NCBI GenBank assembly: GCA_010093745.1
Contig: MU006026.1
Location: 48,461-68,460 of the forward strand
DNA: 20,000 nt
Direction: 5' to 3'
Source: Piedraia hortae CBS 480.64
Taxonomy: Eukaryota
Position numbers and translations under genes: made by a program. The notes beneath the pieces were generated by a model. That model saw only the letters and a program-made list of their open reading frames with translations, did not search any database and was not told the origin of the DNA. Positions 9,619 through 18,676 of this stretch are shown here, one piece after another. Every line of letters begins with the position of its first letter. Position 1 is the first letter of the stretch.

Positions 9619-11034
9619 TTAATATTCTTCACTATCGCAATATGCATTCTCCTGCACAGGTGGAGCAAGGCTGACCAAATCTGCAAGGTCACTGCCCTTT
9701 GTCACAATAAGGAATTTGAGTGACGACGTATGAGCATCCATTATAGGTGTTATCTTGTTTGCCGTATGACGAATCGTCGCAGAACTGCTTAAGATATGAG
9801 CATTTGGGAACAAGTATTGAAGACAACTTACTTATCTGGCGGCTCTTCAAGAAAAACATTGCTTAGCCAGAGATTCTCAAGTTAGAAAAGATCACGCCGG
9901 GCTCAGCTTGCGGTTCGAGCAGTTCAAATGGTCCGCGAAGGCGACAACTTTTCAAGCCGGGACAATGTCTCCCCAGCATAGTCAACACATTTGTGGTCGA
10001 AGGGTTCTCGTTTAAGTAATCTTCTTCGCCGGTGACAACGTCTGAATTAAACTCAAGCGCCTGAGATCTGTTCATATTGGAGAAAAGAGTGGCATACGCG
10101 CCGTCGGCCTTAGCTAATTCGTAATTCCCACTCAACTTTAGACAACGCAGCATGCGTAGACTTGAGTTATTGATGGTGTCTTGTTGACTCAGCTTGACGC
10201 GAAAGTAGGAAAAAGTGATATTTAGGTCCTCCAAATGCTCACATTGACTGATGGCATTGAGCAAAGCTGGCGAAGAGTATTTGATTCAAAGAACCAGGTC
10301 CCTTAATTGTTTCCCAATTTCCGAAAATACCGGCCCTAGTGAAGGGTCCACACATATCTCTAGCTTGTTCAAACCAACATCTCCTGCAGTTACACGAGTT
10401 CCTAAAGCCATACAGAAGCTGGGCATCCAACCTCTGATATTGCCCTTAGGTTCTCCTATCCCAAGCGAACCGATTTTCAAGCGGTTAATTAAAGGATTGC
10501 TATCCAGTAGCTCGTACACTTGATCCGTTGTCCATCCCAAGGGAATTTCACAGGCTAATAGCCGCCTTAAAGTCGGACATTTGGTGGGAAGGTGTGTCAA
10601 CAGAAGTTCCAAAACAAACCCATCATATACGTGCAATGTCCGTCAAACTGGGCCGAAGGAATTGCGCAGTCGTATCTTTCATTGTACTGAATGGTCAAAC
10701 GTCGAAGGAGCGGAAATTAAATCTCTTCTACGCCTTTCATGTCATTGCAATCCGCGTGGCTTAGTACTAACTTTCGGATAAGCGCTGCGTACTTTTGCCT
10801 CCGAGAAGTGCTGGGGATGCTGATAAGGCCGTACAGAGGCGCCTTGCACCCGATGATACGACTGGCGACTTTGGTCCATGTTTTGCAAACAAGTGTGTAA
10901 GGGACACTCCAGTTCCACTTCTCTACCTTCTGTAATCGACGTTGCGTAATGCTAGCGTAAACCTCACCTCAGATCTCGGCAGGTTCTTGAAAATTTTGCG
11001 ACAAGATCTCTGAAGGAAGTTTGAGGATAGACAT
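9619..11034 (-). pseudogene. F-box/leucine-rich-repeat pseudogene (copy A), near full length
   Basis: ATG 11034 MSILKLPSEILSQ[fs]IFKNL...LVCKTW (10876-10893) is an F-box signature; RRQKYAALIRKL; stop TAA 10717-10719; LRR ORFs 10286..10636 and 9863..10264 are in one frame separated by a TGA (CPTLRRL, CEHLEDLNI, CPGLKSC); probable intron 9785..9831 (GTAAGT...CAG) before the last exon. Confidence 0.8.
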
Positions 11035-11219
11035 GATGTTGATGGCAATCAGAGGATCGTTTGCTCCGTTGCGCAGGTAGCTGGGTTCGAAAGCCGCCAC
11101 CAAAGGCTGAGATGACGGAACGTGGCATTTCGAAGTGAATTCACGAACGGCAGCGTTAGATCACCTGTATCACGACCTTCCGAAGATCTACGGGTAAATG
11201 ACGAAGGTGCGGTGTGAAA

Positions 11220-11542
11220 TTGAGGTATTGTCTAAGGTATTTCTATCTTTTGCGGTCGAGCGACGAGGAGCCGCTGTTAAACCTTTGTACTACATCACCT
11301 CTTCCAAGACACAGGAATGGCTGAAGCCATGATGCCTCACTGGATACAGCGGAGTGCTCTCTAACAGCTACCGTGAGTCTTGCTAGCGCTGTGACTATAC
11401 AGTGATTTTTTCCAGAATCATTACATTACGATAGAAACTGATAGCCACGCTGATCAAGCGCTGTTTCAAACACGAACTTCCCCCATGGTACTCTAACGTA
11501 AACCCTCAAAGTCCTCATAACCAGACAGTTATGATACTATAG
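11220..11542 (+). pseudogene. Probable relic of a fungal NACHT-WD40 (HET-E/NWD-type NLR) gene, linker between NACHT and WD repeats
   Basis: Collinear fragments in shifting frames: LRYCLRYFYL, TFVLHHLF, W-L-EAM-SLTG (from 11318), FFQNHYITIE, TLIKRCFKHELPPW (11447-11488). They resemble the recalled NWD series LQYAC.YW / FL..H.L.WLEAMSL.G / RF.....IE / SLIR..F....P.W. No P-loop or WD repeat seen. Confidence 0.4.
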
Positions 11543-12163
11543 AGCGCTTCCTTTATAGACTTAATTCCCGGAATACGACTAAGCTGAGCTGTGAGTTTGC
11601 CTTTGAGAGACAGCTTTACGGATATACAAGACCATGATCTCGAACGCCAAAGAAGACAGAACATCAGGGAATGTCCGAATGCATGGCAGTCCGAGATTAT
11701 AGCAATTTTTGCCATGTGCGCCAAGCAGCGGCCTGTGCCCCCTCTAGACCCCATCTTTATCCAGGCCCCTTGAGCTTGTTCGGGATTAGCGTTGGTCTTC
11801 GGCTCAAGTCGTCATTGCGATCCCAGCGTGAATCTTTACCCTCGGAGGCCTGGAAGCTCGTCGTCATCTCACAGTTGTGGCAAAACGAACGTCCAGCCGG
11901 GTTGCCATCCCGGATTTAGAAATGCACTAATGCGTCCATCCGTCCCCACAATGGGACGAGCCGGGCCGCCCCCGCTTTCCGACGTCATGTTCACGCCAGA
12001 TCGGAGGGAATTGCGCGCGTCGTTGTGTAGCTTGATGCTACGCGCGGAGGGAAGTTTGGGAACTCTGAACGGACGTGTCTGTGGACCTTAACCCGAAAAC
12101 TCAACTGTGCAACAACAACCGTTGCAGTTTCAACTTCAGCCGTAGCATGCGCAACCGTTCTGG

Positions 12164-15100
12164 ATGCCACTCAACCCACTTCTCCAGACTTTCTTCCGGA
12201 GCGCGCTGCCCGGCCAGTGTTCGCCCATCAACCACCATGTGATCCTTGTCCCGACGACCGACGTTATTCTCCATTCGCGCGATCGCGAGAGCAACACGAG
12301 CTATGCAGACTTGGCGGCCACCGAGGAGTTTCTGGCCAGTCATGTCTTGCGGGTTCCCGGAGGCACTGCATTGGGGAGTAGCGCAAAAGATGGAAGTAAT
12401 ATACGGGAAAACAAAAGCAAGGCAAAGCAATACTCGACTGTTAATGGGCGGACGGTCGTCATCAAGGACTCGTATGTCTACAGCAACAAGGGTTTCAAGA
12501 ATCTGAACCAGGCGCAAATTCTGCAGGATGCCATTTACTATCCGAATGTGGCCGACGGACAGCAGTGGCTCATATACTACATCTCGAAGCCACTGGTCGG
12601 CTCTTTCCTAGCCACTCCGGTCATCCCGGCGGTTCTTGAGGCGAAGCCGGAGATTGAGGCTCAGGAAGCAACCACTAATGAAGTAAATGCACTTGTTCTG
12701 GGGCGAAAGAAGGAGATCAAAACCTTTGGCGACTTGCTATATCAGTATCCCATGATCTTTCGGCAAATGCAAACGGGGCTGGATCAGGTTGTTAAGAATT
12801 TCCTGACAGTCCATGGCCAACCTCTGCAGGAGCGACGGTCTCGGCCGTCTTCAATCACCTCTCGCAAGACTAACCGTTCAGCGAGCAGTTCTAGAAGCTC
12901 TTTGGCGTCTTCAACGTCAGGAAATGGTCCAGTGTTCGCCACGTCACTGGAACTGGAGCCAGAGGAAGAGGCAATGCGAAGTTCCTTGGAGCATGCCGTT
13001 TCCGCAGCTATTGCGTTGTTTCAGGGCGTTGACAAACGGCAGCTGTCACTCCTGAGCACGCACTCGGAGCTGACGGGCACAGCCGTAGAGCGTATGATTG
13101 AGCGCTACATTGTCGAGCAAGTGCATGACCAGGCGCCCTTTCCCCAAATATGTGCCGTTCACAAGGATGAAGACTCCGATCTCGATGCCAAACTGCACAA
13201 AATGCGGGCTGTTGACGTTGCACAAATCGGCATTCCAGTAGAAAACGGCATGAGGGGCAAGAGAGAGCTGGTGGCACGGTTAGCTAACGGAGTCGAAGTA
13301 TTCAAGAAGATGACAGAGGCACGTAGTCCCGGCGCGATGCTAGACATCCTACTGGCAACGCAAAAAACCATCTCAGAGCAACCCACAGACTCGGGCTCAT
13401 CAGATCAGTCTACACTTGCCGTAGCCGTCAATGCTGATGTCTTGGTATCAATGCTACTCGCTGTCGTGATAAGAAGCGGCGTGCGACATTTGCATTCACG
13501 CGAGGTGTATATGCGGTGCTTTGCTTTTACTGACGATGTGGAAACAGGCGAGCAGGGCTACGCCCTTGCAACTTTTGAAGCCGTGCTGGTCCATCTGGCA
13601 CATGGCTCCTCTGCACTGCGGAAAGCCAGTCAGCGTAATAGGCTGCTATGGCAAGCTGCTAAGACGGGAGACATTCATGGCTTGCAAGCCGTGCTCCAAC
13701 CCACGGTACAGCCTTCGGGAGAAGATTCCATTGCGGAGGCACCATCGGGTGTGAATTTTTCTGATGAAGAGGCTGATCAGTCCCCAGACACTGTGCAGCC
13801 GGACCAGGGCGGGCCAGAGTTTGCCGCCGTTAACGGATCGCTGAACCACGTCTTTCCGTTCCAAAGACCACCAACTCCACCGCCAGATTGTAGGAGAAAA
13901 TCCAAGAAGAGGGTTTCTCTGGCTGTGCTACCCAGAAGTCAATCTACTTCGTCAGTCGGTTCTTCTCGGTCACATTCACGCTCCAAGAGCATTGATTCAG
14001 CCGTCAGTAACAGCACGGGAGCCGGTGCAGGTGGCGATCTTTCAGCTGAAAAGCTTGCACAGACCCAAGATGCGAATGGAAGTTCTGTGCTCATGATGGC
14101 CGTGGATGGCGGTCATGCAAAAGCGCTCAAGTTCCTTCTAAGCCTCCCTGCGAAATTCCGTCTTGAATTTGTCCTAGACGACGTCAACAATGATGGGATT
14201 ACGCTGCTAAGTGCGGCAGTTCAATCGGGTAACCGTGCAGTCACCTCAAAGCTGATCAACTATCTACAGACCAATGCATCAGAGGAGCAGCTTCAGCAAT
14301 ATCTTCGTATCCAGGATAATCAAGGTCGCTGCGTTGCACACTACCTCTTCCACCAACCATGCCTGATACAACTCTTTGGCAAGAAGCTTCCTTGGAGGCT
14401 GAAAGATAAAAATGGGCAGACGCCGCTCTTTGCCCTGTGTCGGTCATACGACCACGGAGAGTACCAGACTATGGTCGAGACGGCCATGGCTCTGGCAGCT
14501 GAAGCTCAAGGTGACAATGAACCGCTACACCTCGACGAGCATGTAGATGCAAAAGGGAATACACTGCTGCACATTGTGCATGACACAGCTCTGGTGCTTC
14601 GACTGTTGCGCGAGAGTGATGCAGATGTCAATGCGGCCAATGATAGAGGGTTCACACCGCTGATGGTGGGCAGCAAGTATGGTCGAACCGACGTCGTGCA
14701 AGTGCTGTTTGGCGATCCCCGTGTGGACGTTACGCTGAAGGATGTCCGTGGGTTGTCAGCTGTTGACCTGGCGAAGGACGACGATGTACGCAACCGCATC
14801 GACGACCTTGTCTTGCTATCAACGCCAGGAAACAAAGACGGACGCACTACCACAATCGTGCGCTCATTCTTCGTTGAAGACGGCACTATCCGGTTGGTGA
14901 TCAAGTCGGGAGCTCCGAACGAAAAAGGGAGAATCACGGTGTCGACCTGTAGACGCTCCGTTGCCGACTTTGAGAACCTGGCGTTGTGGTTATCAACTGA
15001 ATGCCCGGCATCGTGGTTGCCTTCCAATTTTGCCTTCCAATCCCCATTTCTGATCCCGTCTAAGCCATCGCGGGCGGTGATGCGCGATATTCAGATGCGA

Positions 15101-15940
15101 TTAGACCGCTTCTTGAACCAATTGTTGTCCCATGGGACCTTTTCGACCCACGAGCTTGTGTGGGAGTTCTTCCTAGTGCCGGAGCTAGACCCTTCGATGT
15201 TGACCGAACGCACCAAAAGGAAAGCTGAGGTCCGCATTGAGAACCTTGCAGACGATTACGATCCGGTTTCGTTGGATGAAACAGCAGAGATTCAGAATTT
15301 TGTTGCCTATGCCAAGGATCAGGTGAAAGGAGTGGTTTGGGCTACCAAAAAGACAATTCGGACTGTAAACAGGCTCAGGATGCTGAACAATGACCTGTTC
15401 GAGGCACAGGAACTGGCCGCCAGCGCTATTGGAGACCTCCAATTCCTTCCGTCCAATTATCCTGTGGCTGTAATGCGCTACGGCAAGACGCTAATGCCGA
15501 GCGAGGCGTCGTCGAATACCACACTGTACTACGCACTACATGCACTACAAACGTCTAGCGCTGCACTACAATATGCATTTAATAGACCTACCTACCTGAT
15601 CGGCTCGATGTTTGCGGCTCAACGCACCATTGAGCGTTCACTAGACTCCATATCACGATCGAATCGCTGGACGCCCAACGTCGGCCTCTTTGAGGGCACG
15701 AGACGGGCAGTAGAGGCAGAAGCAACAGAAAAAGCTGCTAAGGCCCGTACCGAGTTAGTATCACTTGGACGTGAGCTTCGCTACACACAACAGACGGTTG
15801 CCTCTGAGCTGGCAGCGTGGCAGGAGGAACATGTACGATCTGGCCGGGCAATGCTGAGGCGCTTTGCATCAGACAGCCTTGTCAAGGAACGCGCACGATT
15901 AGAAGGCATGAAACGGGCTCTACGGGTGTTGAGGAACTGA
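12164..15940 (+). CDS. VRL1: VPS9 domain + ankyrin repeat + PX + BAR-like protein (Vrl1 / VARP-ANKRD27-like endosomal Rab GEF), 1258 aa, intronless
   Basis: VPS9 motifs NADVLVSMLLAVVIRS and GEQGYALATFEAVL; ankyrin repeats GQTPLFALCR, GNTLLH, NDRGFTPLMVGSKYGRTDVVQVL; PX-like RRSVADFENL...PASWLP; helical C-terminus. Architecture matches yeast Vrl1; orthology is inferred. Confidence 0.85.
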   Translation: MPLNPLLQTFFRSALPGQCSPINHHVILVPTTDVILHSRDRESNTSYADLAATEEFLASHVLRVPGGTALGSSAKDGSNIRENKSKAKQYSTVNGRTVVIKDSYVYSNKGFKNLNQAQILQDAIYYPNVADGQQWLIYYISKPLVGSFLATPVIPAVLEAKPEIEAQEATTNEVNALVLGRKKEIKTFGDLLYQYPMIFRQMQTGLDQVVKNFLTVHGQPLQERRSRPSSITSRKTNRSASSSRSSLASSTSGNGPVFATSLELEPEEEAMRSSLEHAVSAAIALFQGVDKRQLSLLSTHSELTGTAVERMIERYIVEQVHDQAPFPQICAVHKDEDSDLDAKLHKMRAVDVAQIGIPVENGMRGKRELVARLANGVEVFKKMTEARSPGAMLDILLATQKTISEQPTDSGSSDQSTLAVAVNADVLVSMLLAVVIRSGVRHLHSREVYMRCFAFTDDVETGEQGYALATFEAVLVHLAHGSSALRKASQRNRLLWQAAKTGDIHGLQAVLQPTVQPSGEDSIAEAPSGVNFSDEEADQSPDTVQPDQGGPEFAAVNGSLNHVFPFQRPPTPPPDCRRKSKKRVSLAVLPRSQSTSSVGSSRSHSRSKSIDSAVSNSTGAGAGGDLSAEKLAQTQDANGSSVLMMAVDGGHAKALKFLLSLPAKFRLEFVLDDVNNDGITLLSAAVQSGNRAVTSKLINYLQTNASEEQLQQYLRIQDNQGRCVAHYLFHQPCLIQLFGKKLPWRLKDKNGQTPLFALCRSYDHGEYQTMVETAMALAAEAQGDNEPLHLDEHVDAKGNTLLHIVHDTALVLRLLRESDADVNAANDRGFTPLMVGSKYGRTDVVQVLFGDPRVDVTLKDVRGLSAVDLAKDDDVRNRIDDLVLLSTPGNKDGRTTTIVRSFFVEDGTIRLVIKSGAPNEKGRITVSTCRRSVADFENLALWLSTECPASWLPSNFAFQSPFLIPSKPSRAVMRDIQMRLDRFLNQLLSHGTFSTHELVWEFFLVPELDPSMLTERTKRKAEVRIENLADDYDPVSLDETAEIQNFVAYAKDQVKGVVWATKKTIRTVNRLRMLNNDLFEAQELAASAIGDLQFLPSNYPVAVMRYGKTLMPSEASSNTTLYYALHALQTSSAALQYAFNRPTYLIGSMFAAQRTIERSLDSISRSNRWTPNVGLFEGTRRAVEAEATEKAAKARTELVSLGRELRYTQQTVASELAAWQEEHVRSGRAMLRRFASDSLVKERARLEGMKRALRVLRN

Positions 15941-16224
15941 TCACACTACTGTACATCAAAAGCGCATGGCGAGTTGGAGTTGGTTCATCTGATAAACGAT
16001 TACGTAGCTGTAACGGGATTCCCGTCCGTGACAGCGGAATGTTCCGATTCGCCAAGGCCAATTGCAGAACTTTTGGAGTGGATCACATGTTGTGCTCCAC
16101 TTCGTCACGGTCTCATTTTTCATTCTTTGCTTCATTCTCTTTGATCCGGTCGAGGGCTTGTTTTCGACCATCGTTTTTAAAAGGGACAGTTGTTCTTCAC
16201 AGGGCCTACGCCAGTCGCCGCAAG

Positions 16225-17618
16225 ATGGCGCCCAAGAAGCAGCAAAAGGAGGAGAAGATCCTCCTGGGCCGTCCGGGTAACAATCTAAAGAGCGGGATCG
16301 TATGTAGGTGAACTGTCTGACTGAGCTGGCGGCCGCTGACGGAATCCAGGTTGGTCTGGCGAACGTTGGCAAGTCGACCTTCTTCCAGGCGCTGACCAAG
16401 AGCAATCTCGGCAACCCCGCCAACTTCCCCTACGCCACCATCGACCCTGAAGAAGCGCGTGTCATCGTGCCGGATGAACGATTCGACTGGCTTGTGCAGC
16501 ATTACAAGCCCAAGTCCCAAGTGCCGGCCAACTTGACCGTGTACGACATTGCGGGCTTGACGCGCGGAGCATCCACCGGTGCTGGGCTTGGCAACGCCTT
16601 TTTGTCCCACATCCGCGCCGTTGATGCCGTCTTTCAGGTGGTTCGGTGCTTTGACGATGCGGAGATAATCCACGTCGAGGGTGACGTTGATCCCTGCCGC
16701 GATCTGGACATCATATCCGAGGAACTGCGCCTGAAAGACATTGAGTTTGTCGAAAAGGCACACGAGAATTTGGTGAAACAGACGCGACGCGGCGGGCAGA
16801 CGCTGGAGATGAAGAAGCTTCGAGAAGAACAGGCGACTGTAGAAAAGGTGCTTGAGTTGCTCAAGTCTGGCAAGGACGTGCGGAAAGGCGATTGGCAGCC
16901 GAAAGAGGTAAGTTCTTATCATCTTGGTCCTTCTAACATGATGAAACAAGAGGTTTGCCTCTATAATCCCAGCTCTTCGAGCCTCTGGCTGTGAGAAGAA
17001 GTCCCTTCTGAGTTATATCTGTTCTTGAAGTAGGAAACTATTTAAGACGGATGCTGACCATGTTAGGTGGAAGTGATCAATCCTCTGTTTCTACTCTCGG
17101 CAAAGCCGGTTGTGTATCTGGTCAACTTGTCCGAGAAGGACTACATTCGACAGAAGAATAAGCATCTACCCAAGATTGCCGAATGGGTGAAGGAACACGC
17201 CACCGGCGATCCCATCATCCCAATTTCTGTCTCCTTTGAGGAACGTCTTACCCGCTTTGAGACGGAGGCAGAGGCCCAAGAAGAATGCAACAAGCTAGGC
17301 ACCAAGTCTGCCTTGCCGAAAATCATTACAACCATGCGTAAAGCACTCAACCTGGGGTCTTTCTTCACCACTGGTGCGGACGAAGTGCGTCAGTGGACCA
17401 TTCGCAACGGCACCAAAGCGCCGCAAGCCGCTGGTGTTATCCACGGAGACTTTGAAAAGACGTTTATCCAGGCCATTGTCTACAATTACTCCGTGCTCAA
17501 GGAGGAAGGTGACGAGGCATCTGTAAAGGCTAAAGGAAAAGTCATGACAAAGGGAAAGGATTACGTCGTTGAGGATGGTGACATCCTCCTCATCAAGGCC
17601 GGTGCGGCAAAGGGGTAG
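16225..17618 (+). CDS. OLA1: Obg-like ATPase YchF/Ola1, 394 aa; exons 16225..16299, 16350..16907, 17067..17618
   Basis: LLGRPGNNLKSGI|VGLANVGKST P-loop, ANFPYATIDP, DIAGL, TGS-domain EVRQWTI...APQAAGVIH, KGKDYVVEDGDI. Introns 16300..16349 (GTATGT/GCTGAC/CAG) and 16908..17066 (GTAAGT/GCTGAC/TAG) are both phase 0 and give a continuous frame. Confidence 0.97.
16934..17015 (+). ncRNA. snR69: Intronic box C/D snoRNA, probable snR69 homolog (LSU rRNA Cm2948 in yeast numbering)
   Basis: Box C ATGATGA 16938-16944, box D CTGA 17008-17011, terminal stem TAAC/GTTA, D' TCGA 16977-16980. Guide TAATCCCAGCTC (16964-16975) pairs 11/12 with conserved LSU rRNA GAGCUGGGUUUA, and the D'-5 base (G16972) faces the C. 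rRNA and snR69 sequences recalled from memory. Confidence 0.85.
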
Positions 17619-17690
17619 TTACGTTATGATTCTGCCTTTAATTTTTCTCGGCCTTATTACATTGATGCCGTGGGGGATACATTCAGACTG

Positions 17691-17796
17691 GTGAGTTATG
17701 AGTACTTTTCTCGTCTCTATGTGAACAGCTGTAAGGGCTGAACTGCTACGAAGATGATGGTGAACTGTTCGCTGACGTATGTGTGCGCGCGGATAG
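17691..17796 (+). other. Candidate spliceosomal intron downstream of the OLA1 stop (3'UTR intron)
   Basis: G|GTGAGT donor at 17691, GCTGAC branch site 17771-17776 (same as both OLA1 coding introns), TAG acceptor 17794-17796. Confidence 0.45.
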
Positions 17797-18137
17797 CATT
17801 TGCCGAAGTCACGTGCTAGCGTTGCCTGAAAATTCTATTGAGATGAGCCCACTTAAATCATCGCCACGTCCCGTTTTCTTCCATCGTTGACGATCGATAC
17901 TCTCGAGGTCCGGGAGGATCGTCAATTGGTGTTCGTTTTGCCGGAAGGGAATGATTGGTTGAGATAAGGTGGAGGTGGAGGATTAGTTCCCACCTGTGTC
18001 TGATTCCGTTCGGTAAATATAATCTTTGCAGGGATATGTGCGTTGGGCATTCTGACGCTAGGAAAGGGCGTGAATACAAGAGATTGATATTGATTGGGTT
18101 TGAGAATGGCTTCGTTTCTGGAATGGGTTAGTTGAAG

Positions 18138-18479
18138 GGCTACACAGCCAACCCCGTGCCAACCTGCAGCGACTTGCAGGTCTACCCCGCAGCTAGTTGT
18201 GAGCACCGTGTAATCAACCTGTGGCCAGTTGCGAGGCTGGAAAACCGTTCCAAATGGACGAAATTTTGGTACCAATCGAATTGCAGCGATCCAAAGAAGC
18301 CGGGCCAAGGCATGGCATGTCTTTCGTACCCCATGAGAACTCCTGTTAGCATTAAGAATGAAGCCGTACGCACTTTTTCCCCGAACTTTAATCCTACTAA
18401 CTCGAGTGGCCAAACTGGCAGCAACTGTTTACCACCCAAGCGACTTGCAGCAAGTTTTTGCGGGATTGGCCGTGTAGTT
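18138..18479. repeat. Imperfect inverted repeat, arms ~18138-18177 and ~18440-18479
   Basis: CTACACAGCCAACCCCG (18140-18156) vs reverse complement of CGGGATTGGCCGTGTAG (18461-18477): 15/17, both differences transitions. Weaker pairing continues inward; GCGACTTGCAG occurs in both arms. Confidence 0.6.
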
Positions 18480-18676
18480 GGTAAGGTAGCGTAGTGCTAC
18501 GGACCTGTAGGCTGAATGAACAGCCCACTTGTCTTCCAATTTTCCATTGTGATTCTGTTCCCGTTGTGGCCATTCCCGTCAGGACCTGTGGCGACCTCAC
18601 CCCTGTGCAAACCTTCTACACGGATTCCTCGTCTCCAAAAGCTTGATTACAGATCTACCGTGCCCCAGCATACACA

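Noticed and set aside
16940..17000. TPP riboswitch in the OLA1 intron (ATAATCCCAGC resembles part of the aptamer)
   Set aside because: No CTGAGA or CTTGAT core in the right order, host is not a thiamine gene, and the snoRNA model explains the segment.
17016..17026. ATCTGTTCTT similarity to U2 snRNA
   Set aside because: About 10 nt only; no flanking U2 sequence or Sm site.
18125..18131. CTAACCC on the minus strand as a telomerase RNA template
   Set aside because: Only 7 nt of telomeric complement, no pseudoknot recognised, and the gap looks short for a filamentous-fungal telomerase RNA.
18132..18494. 120-aa Cys-containing ORF and overlapping 163-aa minus-strand ORF
   Set aside because: Non-ATG starts, no signal peptide or domain; they overlap the inverted-repeat element.
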